Assembly (NCBI RefSeq): GCF_030028105.1
Contig: NC_092374.1
Span: 58,723,016-58,787,015 of the forward strand
DNA: 64,000 nt
DNA from: Mobula birostris
Lineage: Eukaryota
Reading direction: 5' to 3'
Under the pieces are notes generated by a model that saw nothing but the letters and a program-made list of their open reading frames with translations, was not told where the DNA came from and made no database searches. The translations under genes and the position numbers were made by a program. Every line of letters begins with the position of its first letter. Within the stretch, counting starts at the first letter, position 1. Of this stretch, positions 12,476-26,427 are shown one piece after another.

Positions 12476-14199
12476 TGTTAGAAGTGATATATTTTGGCAG
12501 AAAGAAAAATGACAAACTATATAGATGAAATGATGCACTTCTAAAGGGTATGTAGGAACAGAGGAACCTCAGCGTAGCAGAGCTGATCGAAAGAGAGGCC
12601 AGTAATGTAGATGCGGTGCCAAGGATGGGAGCATCAAGTACAAAAGTGGTGAGGTTATGTTGCATGAAACAATGTTTGGGCCACATCTGGAGAAATGCAT
12701 CTAATTTTGGACGTTTATAGATATTTAGATCCTAAAAGTGGTGCAGAAAAAATTTACTAATATAGTTCCAGGATGAGGGAATTCAACCATAAGCTTGGAG
12801 TGGGGACGCTGAGCTGTTCTTAGAGCAAAGAACACTGAGAAGAGGTGTATAAGGTCATGACTAGTTTAGATGGGATAGAGGTTCAAGAGTAAAAGGTGTC
12901 CACATTTTTATATAATTCTTATAATTGTTGAATGATGTTTTCATTTGCATGTTGCACCAACACACCACAGAAAATTCCTAATACATGTATGTAGCGATTA
13001 AAGTTGAATCTGATTCTTAATCCTTGATCAAATCTGTGGCATGGACCTGAAATCACAATCATTTCAGAGAGTTCAACAAATCCATCTTGTCAATTAAATT
13101 TTATTCATTTCTTGATACTTTTTTGTTGTTTCATTGACATTTTTATATGATCATGGTTCTGTAAAGTGGCAATTACATACTTTTATCCATGGAAAAGTGC
13201 CAGTATAAACTTATCATTAACTCTACTTCATTAGTCATATGATGGGTGATACACTTAACGCGTAGTGATGTTCAAAGTGGAAATTGATATTGACATTTTT
13301 CTGGCTGGCTCTTCGTGCTCTGACTTCTGCCTTGATTCTAATGTCAAAAACCAAACCCCATGGGAAAGACATTTGGATAGGTAGATACTTTATTGAACCC
13401 AGAGGAAATTACAATGCCATAGAAGCATTACAAGAACACAGATATACAAATACTGGAAGAGAAGTAAGAAAGAATTAAAAAATAAGTTACCTCAAGCAGT
13501 CTAAAAGGATAGCGTCATCACTTACCCAGCTACAGATTGACTCATTATAGAGCCTGATGGCCGAGGGTAGGAATGACTTCATGTAAGTGCTCTTTGGAGC
13601 AGCGCAGTTGTTACAAATATAATTTTAAGCTCCTTAGGAAAATCAGGATACTCACAGCCACAGAGACAACATGTTATAGAGCAAGTAGTCAACATCATAA
13701 AAATATCACAGAAGGGACCCACTTGTAGCCCAGTTTCTTTTGCACCACAAATTTAAACTAGTTATCTGGTTAGTTCCATTCCCATGCTACTTTTTACCTC
13801 TCCATTTAAGTTCCTGTCCAATTTACTTTTAAAAGTTCTTATTGAATTTGTTTCTGCATCCCTATCAGCCCACACATTATACATCATAAAAGCTTTGTAA
13901 AGAAAAATCTCATTTCCTTGTTTGATTCTTTTCTGGTTACCTTGTATGTTTCGTTGTAACAATTTCTTCTTGTTCCACTAGATGGAGCCTCAGATAGACT
14001 GCGTTAATGCATTCCACTACTAGAGGGTGTTAAATGTCAGCAAGTGTTTTTTACACACATGAAGAACTACAATCATAATAAGTGTGGTGCTGTGTGAAAT
14101 CCTTCTCATTGCAGAAGCAACATAACATCATAGAGGAATACAGCGGAAACAGTTTGACCTTCCACACTGAGTAGTTGCTCAGATTTTGCTATGTTTTAG

Positions 14200-15030
14200 G
14201 TTTGTAGGGATGGTTTTGGCGACAGCTCAGGAAGACGGGGGACGGGTTAGGTTTAGGGAATAAGGAGAGTTAGAGTCAGAGGCAGTAAATAACGAGCCAG
14301 GGCAGGAGCTGGAGTTCGGTCAGAGCGCTCCATAGTAGAAGGCCAGTGATCCCCGTGGATGGATGTTAGGTCGGTTGTCCCCATGGACAAGGACTGGTGA
14401 CAACCAGAATGGTGAGCCTTGGGATCAGAGGCCCATGTGGTTGAATACGGAAGGTTGAAGACTAAAGTAACCAAGCCCGGAAATCGAGCCTGAAATTTGG
14501 AGGCCTGATGTCTATGAGTCAGGGCCAGAGATGGACCTTACCTTCTCCCCACCCCCACCCCCACCCCACCCAAGTTGGCAAGTACCAGGGTAAGAAACCC
14601 ATGCGATTCTGAAATTTGAGACCAGGAGTTCACGCCCCATGATTGGCGAGTCCTGGGGTCACTGCCAAAGGTGAAAGCCTGAAAGTTGAAGACCAAAGTC
14701 TGCAAGTCTGAAAGTCAAGACCCAATGGTGTGGAGTAAGGTGGTCTGGAAGTCAGAAGCCTCTTGACTGGGACACTGAAGGTTGGAGGCCAGGAGACAGC
14801 CTGTCTTCAGTTTGGAGACCTGTCTGTGGGTGAGTGGGTGGGAGGGAGGGAGGGAGAAAAGGGGCTTGTTTTGCCATTGTTGTTCTGCCCAAACGTTGTG
14901 GGCATGCTATGTTGGCGCTGGAATATGTAGGGAAACTTGCAGGCTGCCCCTAGCGCGTTATTAGAAACACAAACAACATATTTCACTGTATGTTTTGGTG
15001 TATATATGTCAACAGAATCTGAATCTGATA
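14200..15030 (+). mobile_element. Probable non-autonomous retroposon with (AATCTG)n tail
   Basis: GC-richer body ending in a LINE-like 3' UTR and AATCTGAATCTGA. Confidence 0.4.
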
Positions 15031-15279
15031 CAGGCCTTTCAGTCCAACCAGTCCATGCTGATCACGGTGCCCATGCAGTGAGATTAAAATTCCTGTATTC
15101 ACCCTGCATCGACATCCCTGTGAGTCCCACCCCTCCATGTACCTATTAGGCACTGTTTAAATAGTACTATTTTACCTGGTTTTAGCTACCAAGTATGGCT
15201 CTTGCACAAGTGTGAACATGTTGCAGAGTGTGTGATATGACTTGTATGGACATGTGCACAGATCAAAAAATATGAATGA

Positions 15280-16095
15280 TTCAGATTAAGTCATACATAC
15301 TAGAATAGAATGGCGTTCCTTGCTCATGCGAAGCTCACAGAGCAAGGCATATTCATGGTAATAATAACACAAGAATGTATACAGCCAGTGCAAAACAATG
15401 GAATGGTGCAAAATATAGCAATGTTAAGTGAAATTGTGCAAAGAGAAATGCAATAGTGACGATAACAGGGGGTAGAATTAAGGGGTTGAGAATGTGTCAG
15501 TACTACTGGGAAAGGGATGTGAAAGATACTGGTTCAGAAGTCTGTTAGCAGTGGGGAAGAGGCTGTCCTAAGTTGGGTCGTTCAAGCTTTCAAGCTCTTG
15601 TTTCTACTAAAAGATAAAAGAGAGACAGGAAGTGGCCAGGGTGACAGATATCTTTGACTGCTGTCAGCTTTCCTGAATGCAACACCATGAAGATGGATGG
15701 GATGGAAGGAAGTGGGAGGCCTGCGATAGACTGAACAGTGCCTTCCACTGTGGGTTCTGTCAGTCCTAAACTGAGCAGTTGTTACATCAGCTCGAGAATA
15801 GAAGCTATCCGTCAATATACTTTATATGGTGCTTCCTTTGAAGTTCACGAGAATCTTCATGAACAAGTTGAATCTCGTCAAACACCCTAGAAAGTATATA
15901 CCCCAGTATGCTTTCTTGATCACCACTTCATTGTGAAAGTTGCTGGTGACCTGGATGCCTAGGAATTCAAAGCTGTTGACTATCTTTACAGAATCTCCAT
16001 CAAATGAATAGGGTTGTGTTCAAACCCTATAACCATCCCCTTCCCCGTTCCCGCTTCCTTAGTGTGACAACAAGCTCCTTCATCTTGCTAACATT
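15280..16095 (-). mobile_element. Old Rex1/Babar-type LINE 3' fragment
   Basis: Minus-strand VNSFEFLGIQV-like motif and 3' UTR. Confidence 0.5.
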
Positions 16096-17544
16096 TCTCT
16101 GCTTTTTTTGGATAATTCTTACTGCTCTGCATTGTATCAAGTTTTGATCTGTGACAATATTTAATGTTTGTGCCATCTGGGTTCTCATAATCCTGTATGG
16201 TAATTCAGAAACCCCAAAAGTTCAGACTCTGGGCTCACCAGATAATACTTCCTGCTCAGCGTTTTGACTCACTAAGGCCCCAGTTCCATACATCTTTTTA
16301 AATTACCAGGTTCACTGAAGCATTTATTTTCTTTTTTGTTAAGATGTTTAACACCTTTAAAACAAAGTGAATTACAATTGTTGAAGTGTTAACAGGAAAA
16401 ACATTGAATGGCCTTGAAAATCTGCTAATCTGTCCCCACCAGAGTCACAGATAAGATGGATAAACTGAATTTTAGCTAAACATAGCGTATAGTGTGCAAA
16501 GAACACACAGGGCTCCAGGAGGTGTGCTTACTGTATTGAAGGTCTGGCACAAGTTATGTCATGCAGTCAAGCAGCAGTTGTGATGTGAGAATCAATCAAT
16601 GTTTCAGGTAGATTCTTAATTCTGGAGGTTCTCAATAAGCCTCGGCAATTGTTTATTTATTTATTGATATACAGTGCGGAACAAGCCCATCTGTCCCGTT
16701 GAGCTGTGCTGCCCAGCAACCCTAGCCTAATCATGAGACAGTTTACAGTGACCTGTTTGCAGACGATTTGCTGAAGACTTGTTCAAGTCTGATGGGGATG
16801 AAAGTTTTTTTTTGTGCAGATGGTGGTGAATCTTTGGAACTCTGTACCTCAGAGGGCTTTGGAGACTCACTCCTCAAGTTCATTCAAAGCAGAGATTTCT
16901 TAGGTAGTCTCTTAAGATCAAGAGATAAATTCCATTTCATTCTTGGATATTCTTAGGAGATATGAAGGAAATGAAGACATATGGGAATAGTCTAGAAATA
17001 GTGTTGAATGAGATTACTCATGATCTTGATCAATAGGATTCAAACTGAAAGGGCAAACTCAGACTTCTACTCCCAATTTTTATTTTCATACCTTAAATTC
17101 CTTTTCAGCCTCATCCCTATTTATCATTATGTGTCTCTGTAATATCCTTCAACTTGCTGTTCACCAGCTCTCCATTCAAATGAAATTCCTTTAGCCAGAA
17201 AATGTGGAACGTACTTCCTTATGGAGTGGTTGAGGTGTACAGCACAAATGCATTTAGGTAAGGACATGCAGGAATAAGGAATAGAAGATTATGCTGATAG
17301 TTAAATAAGAAACAATGGGGGTCTATTGAAACGGAGCTTTAAACTATACTTTGGGTATGTTTGTGAAATGAGCTGAATGTCAACTGTGTATTGTCTAATT
17401 CTGTGCAACTCAGTATTTGCTGTCCTAACTGGGATCCGCTAACTCAATAGTGAAGATTGAGCTTGCACATTGGCTGGGGTTTGTGGCTTCTGTGATAAAT
17501 GTATCACAGAGCCTGCCCATTAAGCTTTTGACCATTGGCTGGTA

Positions 17545-18645
17545 TTTCAAAGATTCAAAGTAGATTTTTATCAAATAATATATAAATTGTACAACCTTGA
17601 GATTTGTTTGCTCACAGGTAGCTACAAAGCAAGAAACCTGAAAGAACCCAACTAAAGAAAAAAAAAGACTTGCACCCAATGTGCAAGAGAAAGGAAAAAA
17701 ACACAGATCAAGCAAACAACTGAAGCGAACAACAACATTCTGAATCATGAAGTTAAGTCATCAGATCGAAACTCCAGAGTAGGCCCAAAGCCTTGCTTAT
17801 CAGTTCATCATACTAGCAGGCACAGAGCACAGCAGCTGGGGTTGTCTTCATAGACTGCGCCATGGAGAGAGGAGTGACCATTATGTAGAGCGAGCAGAAT
17901 CGGCTCTGGCCTTGGGTCCTGACGCCCTATCTTTTCTTTCAGTCTATCTGTGCTGCAGTTTAAATTAACCAGACAACAGAAGAGAGAACGGTTCCAGCAT
18001 CCTGGAGAGGGGAGTGAACTTCGTGGAGAGTGAGCGAAATTGGCTTTCGCCTCCGATCTGGGCCAACGATTAAATTGCCTAAACAGCGATCTCACCTTGC
18101 ACTGGAACCTGGCTACTGTGAAAGGCTCGGGGCCTAGACCGCACCGCCAGCAACTCACTCTGGGCCCAGATTTCACTGCCCAGCCCGAAGCCGCTCTCAA
18201 GCTCTTCAAATCAGCTCCATGCCCAAGGCAATCCAACCTCACACCTGGTCTAGTTGTTTGGGCATCAGAGCTCCTCTGCCCCAGCCGCGATTTCTCCTCT
18301 CGGTGCCTAGAGCCATCCAACCTGGCACCCGGGCCAATTGTACAGGCATCAGAGCTCCTCTGCCCCGGTCCTGATTTCTCCTCTCAGAGCCCAATTTGAT
18401 GCAACCTCACACTCAGGCCAGGTGTATGGGCATCAAATCTCCTCTGCCCTGGTCCCAACTTCTCCTCTCTGAATGGCTCACTCCATCTGCATTGATTCTG
18501 TAACACAGTATCTTGACACATCCCCCAAACTCGCCTTGCCACCGCTAGCCCTTTCACTGTTTGTGGCGGTAATTTAACATAATTTACCTCAGAAATGGTG
18601 TTTTTCGTGATGTTTTTTGTCGGATTTCTCAACTTAGTACGTGCA
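17545..18645 (-). mobile_element. Probable non-autonomous retroposon containing an internal tandem repeat
   Basis: LINE-like 3' tail at the left end (TTCAAAGATTCAAAG), GC/CpG-rich body. Ends about 70 bp before FXN exon 2. Confidence 0.5.
18232..18475. repeat. Tandem repeat, about 3 x 84 bp
   Basis: Units start at 18232, 18316 and 18400 (TCCAACC/TGCAACC...GGCATCAGAGCTCCTCTGCCC...TTCTCCTCTC). Confidence 0.85.
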
Positions 18646-18713
18646 AACCTTTTCTTAGCTAAATTTATCACTTGAAGAATTTCACTAATCGTTTGTCATG
18701 TTACCTTTTGCAG

Positions 18714-18793
18714 AATTTCCATTCAGAAAAATGTTTAAAGCTCCAAACAAAAGAAATCCATTCCTCAATTTTAAGAAGAATGGAAAATACAAG
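18714..18793 (+). CDS. FXN: Frataxin coding exon 2 (NFHSEKCLKLQTKEIHSSILRRMENT-S)
   Basis: Branch-like CTAAT and acceptor CCTTTTGCAG, donor AAG|GTACCC. 80 nt, phase 0 to 2, exactly the phases needed to join exon 1 to exon 3. The peptide itself is poorly conserved. Confidence 0.75.
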
Positions 18794-19539
18794 GTACCCT
18801 AGATTGACAAAAGGTTTTGTTCATTGGTCTGTGTGCACAGTGTCTGTGTGTAATATGTGCATGTAGTGTGGGTTGTCAGTGCTCACTGTGTGTGTTGGTT
18901 GGCTGTTCAGGTGTACACTTGAGCATGCTCTACATGTAACTGCATGTCAGTATAGTCCACAGTATATACGAAAATGCACATGTGCATTCTTTACATATTG
19001 CGTGTGTATACAGTAGTTTCTAACTGCATATATTGTCTAGATGCTTGTAATGTCTCATTTGGTCATAGTTAGTAATTCATCTTATAAATTAATTTGGGTT
19101 TGTGTTGACAAATCCTATTTCCAACACAACAAAAGCATAATGATGTAAAGACATTTGGAAGAGGAGAGTAACAGAGCTTCAATAATTTGAAGATCTACCA
19201 TTCATTATGGTATTTCTGATTTGGGGTATCAAATACAAAGGATTTGTTTGCCTTGACAACGAAAAGTTGTAACAATTAATTTGTTGTCCACAAAATTAAC
19301 ATTTCTAATCTCTTTTCCATCTTGTCTGCAAGAATCCCCCTCCTACTACCTGATTCCTGTAAACTGCTGACCACCTAACATTAAAGCCCAACCATCTTCT
19401 CCAATATATTTCCTCAATTATTCATTTGATTACTTGAGATTTAGATGTTCAGAAGTGCCATGTGGAGTAGAGAAAGTGACAGGTAATCTATGCATTTCAA
19501 ACTTTCATGGGACAATGTAGTAATAACTAAACTGTCCAA

Positions 19540-20330
19540 TTGTCGTAACTACAAAGAGGTTTCCCTGCCCTCAGCCACATCACCAGAATCCTCCTCAACT
19601 GCCTTTGTCTAGTGGCTACGTGACTTGTAATGTAGATCCTGTCCACTAGAGTCACAGTAGATGTAAACTTCATCATGGAACAATTTCAACAGAAGAGCAA
19701 GGAACAGTATTAACATAAACAAGAGAGAATCTGCAGATGGTGGAAATCGAAGCAACACACACACACACAATGCTGGAAGAACTCAGCAGGACAGGCAGCA
19801 CCTATGGAAAAAGTACAGTCGCTGTTTCAGGCTGACACCCTTCAGCCGTACTAGAGAAAACAAAATGAGGAGTAGATTTTAAAGGTGGGGAGGCCATTAA
19901 CATGGCCTTTTCTGACTTCACTAAAGCATATGACTGCATCAACTGGGAAGGACTATAGAATTGTTATCTTACATTTGCATCATGATGATATGGAAGCCCT
20001 GAAACTCCTCACAACAGAACCAATTTCAGTAGAGGCCATTCCTGTGACTTGTTTTCAGTCTTACTACAATGCTTTATGTCACTTCCAACAAGCTTCCCAC
20101 AGAGAGGAAGAAATCCATAGGATTTATGGGAAACAGAACTTGCAAAACTTGTATCATCCCCATTTCCAGAACTAAAGTAAACCTAAATTCCATAATTACG
20201 CTGCAAGACACAGATCACACTTGTTCCAAGCCACTACTGATTCACAGACATATCTGAGAGAATTGGCCTAACATTCAACATCTGCAAGACAAAGGTCCTC
20301 TGCTAAGATACTCCCAGTGTATGATATTAT
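19540..20330 (+). mobile_element. Degenerate RTE-type LINE RT fragment, interrupted by a PLE-derived short element at about 19715-19890 (minus strand)
   Basis: MAFxDFTKAYDCINWEGL-like motif at about 19900-19955. The insert carries the AATGCTGGAAGAACTCAGCAGG motif and a decayed hammerhead. Confidence 0.55.
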
Positions 20331-20553
20331 ACTCAAATAATAACAATTCATAGCAAGATCCAGGAAACCAAGAACTAAATTACATTTCTATGGTGTGCTT
20401 CATTAATTGTTGGAAATGGAAAGAGAGTAAATAGTACATTTCTACAATATAACCTGCTAGTTCTTTGTTAAAGAGGAAGGTTTGTTGTAGTGTTTAGAAG
20501 GGGCAGAAAATGTTGAAGCAAAGAAGGACTGAAACTATTTTTCTTCTCCGTAG

Positions 20554-20674
20554 CTTGCTGGATGAAACCACCTATGAAAGAATTGCAGAGGAAACACTGG
20601 GTCTTTTATCTGACTTCTTTGAAGATCTTGCAGATCAGTCTTTTGTTCCAAAAGACTATGATGTAACATTTGCG
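20554..20674 (+). CDS. FXN: Frataxin coding exon 3 ([41 protein letters not shown]), acidic helix 1
   Basis: Matches the frataxin [14 protein letters not shown]...FFEDLAD...DYDV motif. Acceptor TTCTTCTCCGTAG, donor GCG|GTAAAA; 121 nt. Confidence 0.97.
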
Positions 20675-21759
20675 GTAAAATCTGCTTGTCTGTATCTTAT
20701 TGTCCAATTTCATACTTGTGGAACCCTTGTGTTTCCATGATACTATTTACCCTTTGGCCCTGTAAAAGGGACAAACTGCTGACTTACTACATGGGAAGAA
20801 ATGTATGAGCATAGCTTGAGAGAAATTACCAAGTGATGATCTACTCTTGACTGTTGCGCATGCATAGGTCAATGAGTGGAGCCAAATGGTTGTGCTAAAT
20901 GGACGCCATTGTACACCACTTACCATTTCAGTTGTTACTCTCCACCTTGTCTGCTGACCTCCAAGAGGTCAATAAGTCATCAGGCTAATGGGCTTATACT
21001 ATGAAGTGGTACAGGTCAGAGCCCAGCAAAGTTTGGACAATCAGGGCAGAGAAAAGAAAAATGATGGTGGCAACAGGAAAAGGGCTAGTTTAAGGACTGG
21101 AAATGTCTGAATAGTGATTGTACAAGTGCTGGACCTGAAAAATGAGTGTCCAGGAATACGTAGATGATTGTGATGTTGGGAAACAGCAAATCACCCATAT
21201 TTAGATGGTGCCAGGAGGGGGATGGGAAGCAGGAATCCAAAGATGTTCTGGTGGGGAGACAGTTGGAAATTGGGAGACCAGTAGCATAAACCAATAGAAC
21301 ACAAATGCTGGAAATCGGATGTAACAACACTAACTGTTACATGTATTTGGTGGGTGAGGCAACATCTGTGGAAAGAGATATAATTAACATCTCAAAAGCC
21401 CTAGACCTAGTATCAGAGACAACAATGCTAAATGGTAATAGTGCGGAGGAATCCTTTTAAGGTGGCTTAAGAGTGATGTGTCTTGGATTTGGTTGATGAA
21501 AGTGGGTGAGACCTGGCAGCTACCCAATCTAGCACCACGGGTGGACCAGTTCTGTCAAAGGGAGTACTTCAGGGAGATATGGTGTAATTCCATGGGTCCC
21601 TGACACTTGAGGATATCTTGTTCTGGAGTAAATTTCCAGTGTAGCGCAAAGTGTCCTGAAGATTGCTATTATTATGTTCTTCAGATAATATTTTTTTCAA
21701 TTGTATAATGTAGAAAAGGAGCATATGTAATTGAAGTTCCAAATAAATATGTCATCATT

Positions 21760-22078
21760 ATGTTCAGCCACAATTATAACAGTGAATGGTAAGGCCCTGG
21801 GAGTGATGCAGAATAGAGAGGCCTAGGGGTACAAGTACGTAGTTCCTTGAAAGTATGTGCTACAATTAGATAGACTGGCAAAGAAGATGAATGGCATTTT
21901 TGCCTTCATCCAGAGTTGGGATGACAAATTACAGATGTACAAGATGTTGGTGAGACTGCACGGAGTATTGTGTGTAGTTTTCGTCATCACACTATAGGAA
22001 ACGTGATTAAGCTTGGAAAGTGTGAGAAAAGATTCACAAAGCTGTTTCCAGTATTGGTGGACTTGAGCTACAAGGACC
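21760..22078 (+). mobile_element. CR1 3' fragment, split by the minus-strand CR1 and resuming at about 26180-26425
   Basis: YTVNGKALGS..E.RGLGVQV motifs. The continuation matches the next part of CR1 ORF2. Confidence 0.7.
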
Positions 22079-25000
22079 AGAAGGCCACAAGACATAGGAG
22101 CAGAATGAGGCCATTCAGCCCATTGGGTCTTCACTGCCATTCCACCATGGCTGATTAATTATCCTGCCTTCTCCTGATAACATTTGATGCCCTGATTAAT
22201 CAAGAACCTATCAACCTCTGCCTTAAATATACCCAATAACTTTTCCTGCACAGCTGTCTGGCAATGAATTCCACAGCTTCATCACCCTCTGGCTACAGAA
22301 ATTTTTCCTCATCTCTGAGCTAAATGGACTTCTCTCAATTCTGAGGCTGTGCCCTCTGGTCCTAGACTCTCCCACATTAGGAAACATCCTCTTCACATCC
22401 ACTCTATCTAGGCTTTTCAACATTCGATGGGTTTCAGTGAGATCCCACCCTCATTCTTCTAAATTCCAGCGAGTACAGGCCCAGACCCATCCAACACTCT
22501 TCGCATGTTAACCTTGCCATTCCTGAGATCATTCTCGTGAATCTCCTCTGGACCCGCTGCAATGCCAACACATCTTTTTCATCGATAAGGCGCCCTAAAC
22601 TGCTCAAATACTCCCTTTGCCCCTCTGATTTTTGAATTTTCTCCTCATTTAGAAAATAGTCCACACTTTTATTCCTTCTACCAAAGTGCATGACCGTACA
22701 CTTCCCTACACTATATTCCATCTGCCACTTCTTTGTCCATTCCCACAATCTGTCTTAAGTTCTTTTGCAGACACCCTGCTTTCTCAACACTATCTGGGTA
22801 TCATCTGCAAACCTGGCCACAAAGCCATCAATTACTTCATCCAAATCATTGACATATAACATGAAAAGAAGTGGTCACAACACTGAGCCCTGCAGCATAT
22901 CACTAGTCACTGGCAGTCAACCAGAATAGGCCCCCTTTATTCCCACTCTTTGTCTCCTGCCAGTTAGCCAATCTCCTACCCATCTAGTACCTTTTCTGTA
23001 ATATCTTGGGCTCCTTGAAACAGCTTCATGGGTGCAGCCCCTTGTCAAAGGCCTTCCGAAAATCCAAATTTGTTTATCCTGCTTGTTATTTCCTCACAGA
23101 ATTAAATCAGATTTGTCAGGTAAAATTTCCCCTTTAGAAAACTGCTGACTGGGGCCTATTCTATTATGTGTCTCCAAGTACTCTGAAATCCCATCCTTAA
23201 TAGTAGACTCAAACATCTTTCCAACAACTGAAGTCAGGCCAACTGGCCTATAATCTCCTTTCTTCTGCCTCCCTCTCTTCTTATAGGGTAGAGTAACTTG
23301 CAATTTTTCAGTCCTCCAGAATTCTTGAAAGACCATTACAAATGCCTCCACAATTTCTTCAGCTACCTCTTTCAGAACCCTGGGCTGTAGTCCATTTAGT
23401 CCAGGTGACTTATCTACCTTCAGACTTCTCAACTTCCCAAGCACCTTTTCCTTAGTATTAGCAATGACACTCACTTCTGTCCCCTGACACACTCACGTTT
23501 CTGGCATTCTGCTATTCTTTCACAGTGAAGGTTCACATAAAATACTTACTAAGTTCGCTCATCATTTCTTTGTCTTCTATCACTACCTCTCCAGTGTCAT
23601 TTTCCACAGGTCTGATATCCACTCTCTTCTCTCTTATGCTCTTTAGTGTATGTATCTGTAAAAACTTTGTGTCCTCGTTTATATTATTGGATAGCTTACC
23701 TTCATATTTCACCTTTTCTCAGTTTATGGCTTTTTAGTAGCTTTCTGTTGGTTTTAAAAAACTTGCAAATCCTCTTACCTTCCCACTAATTTTTGCAATA
23801 TTATATGCTCTCTTTTGCTTTTATGCTATCTTTGCTTTTCCCTTGTCGCACACACTTTCCTCATCCTCCTTTATCTTTGCGATGTATCTTTCCTGGTGCC
23901 TTCTGAATTTCCCCCAGATACACCAGCCATTGCTGTTCTGCTGTCATCCCGAATAGTGTCCCCTTCCAATCAACTTTGGCCAGTTTCTCTCTCATCCCTC
24001 TGTAATTCCCTTTACTCCGCTGTAATATTGAAACATCTGGCTTTAGCTTCTTCTCAAACTGCAGGGTGAATTCTATTATATTATGATCAATGTCTTCTAA
24101 GGTTTCCTTTGTCTTAAGCTCCCTAATCAAATCTGGGTTGTTACATAACACCCAACTCAGAATTGCAGTTAGCCTAGTGGGCTCAATCACAAGCTGCTCT
24201 AAAAAGCCATCTTGTAGGCATTCTACAAATTTATTTTTCCAGGGATCCAGCACTAACCTGATTTCCCCAATCTACTTGCATATTGAAATCCCCCATGATT
24301 ATTGCTAGATTGCTCTTTTTACAGGTCTTTTTTATCTCCTGTTGTAATTTGTAGCCCACATCCTGGCTACAGTCCAGAGGAATGTGTATAACTCCCATCA
24401 GAGTCTTTTTACCCTTGCAGCAGTTTCTTAGCAGTACTCAGAATGATGCTATATCTTCCGATCCTACGTCACCTCTTTCTAAGGATTTAACTTCACATTT
24501 TACCAACTGAGCCACACTACACCCTCTGCCTGCCTGCTTATTCTTTCAATACAATGTGTCTCCTTGGATGTTAAGCTTCCAACTATGATCTTCTTTCAGC
24601 CACAATTCAGAGATGCCCTCAACTTCATACCTGCCAATCTCTAGCTGCACTACAAGCTCATCTACCTTATTCCATATTCTACCTGCATTCAAATATAACA
24701 CTTTCAGTCCTGTATTCATCACCCTTTTTGATTTTGCCCCCACGTTACACTTCAATGCATCCCACAGACATTCCTCACAATCTTACTACACACTGCATCT
24801 AGTTATATAGGAACTGTCCAGTCCTCAGCCCTATCACTCCAATTCCCATCCCCCTTTAAAGTCACCCCACAGTTCAAGCAAACATGCCTACAAGGATATT
24901 AGTCCACCTTGGGTTCAGGTGTAACTCTTCCTTTTTGTGCTGGTCATACCTTCCCCAAAGAGATCTCAATGATCCAGAAATCTGAAACCATGCCATCTGC

Positions 25001-26170
25001 CCCAATTCTTCAGCCACACATTCATTTTCCAGATCATCCTATCCCTACCCTCACTGGCACACTGCGCAGGTAGGAATCCAGAGATTACGACCCTGGAGGT
25101 TCCGTTTCTCAGCCTTCTACCTAACTCACTATATTTTCCCTCTGGGACCTCTTCCTTTTCTTATCTACGTCATTGGTATCAATAGGTACCACAACTTATG
25201 GCTGCTCACCCTCCCCCTTTAGGATGCTTTGGACCTGATCCGAGACATCTTTGACCCTGACGTCTAGGGGGCAATGTACCATTCGAGTGTCTCTTTCATG
25301 TACACAGAATCTGCTTTCTGCTCCTAATAATGGAATTCCCTATCACTACTGCACTCCTTTTCTCCCACCCCCCCACCCCGCCACTTCCGTTCTGAGCCTG
25401 AGACCTGGTCATAGAAAGATAGAAAACCTGCAGCACAATACAGGCCCTTCAGCCCACTAAGCTGTGCCGAACATGTCCTTACCTGAGAATTTACCTAGGG
25501 ATACCCATAGCCCTCTATTTTTCTGAGCTCTATATACCTGTCCAGGAGTCCCTTAAAAGATCCTATTGTTGCAGATTCCCCCGGTAGGTCCCGCCTCCCC
25601 CCCCCAAACACTTTCCAAAGTGGTATATCTACTATTGAGGGGAATGGCACAGGGGTACTCTGCACTGGCTGCCTATTCTGTTTTCCCCTCCTATCTTCAG
25701 CAACTTGGGGATGACTACCTCCCTCGTGCTCCTATCTATCACCCCTTCATTTTCCTGTAAGAGCCGAAGATCAACCAGTTGCAACTCAAACTCCTTAACA
25801 GGGTCTGTAAGGAGCTGCAGCTCAGTGCACTTCTGCAGATGTTATCAGGAAGACTGGAGAGGTCCCACATCTCACACAAAGAAAATACGTTACCTCCAGA
25901 CCTATTCTCAGCACACTAGTCACGTACTACAGAAAGTATCTTACTCGAAACTTACTTACCTACTTAGAACCTGTACTTGCCCAGGCCTGTACTCTTAGGT
26001 GCCTGTTGAGTCAAAGCCAGACCACTCTAACACTGCCCCACTGCAACAATGGCTGTTACACCTCCCTTCCTTGTATTAGCCTGCACTGATTGCAGCCTGT
26101 CGAAAAGAGCTAAAAGCACTGGAATTCCTTTTAAACCTCGCACTGTGTCACCAACAAAGGACGGTCCTCT
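22079..26170 (-). mobile_element. Long degenerate CR1 LINE (ORF1 region, endonuclease, RT, 3' end), with a CR1 3' end nested at about 25410-25565
   Basis: LKVLYLNAG, FVECLQDGFLEQLVIEPTR, YRPVGLTSVVGK, WQMEYSVGKC motifs on the minus strand. Confidence 0.88.
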
Positions 26171-26427
26171 CGCACTGATATATGGAGAGACTGGGACTGC
26201 TTTCCCTCGTGTGAAGGGGTGAACTTACAGAGGTCTATAAGACCAATAAGAGCATAGATAAATTTCCTTTCAGATTAGGGGATTCTAAAACTAGAGGGCA
26301 TAGGTTTAAGTTAACAGGGGAAAGACTTTGGAGACCTGTGGGTTTTTCCTCACAGAGTGGTGGTTATATGGAACAAGCTGCCAGAAAAAACGAAAGAGGG
26401 GGGCAATTTTTAAAAAACATTTGGGTA

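Noticed and set aside
18040-18399. 28-aa repeat ORF as a C2H2 zinc-finger array
   Set aside because: The period fits, but there is no CxxC...HxxxH pattern or TGEKP linker; it is a DNA tandem repeat.
10982-18713. Friedreich ataxia-type (GAA)n tract in FXN intron 1
   Set aside because: No GAA run seen. The human tract lies in a primate Alu, so none is expected.
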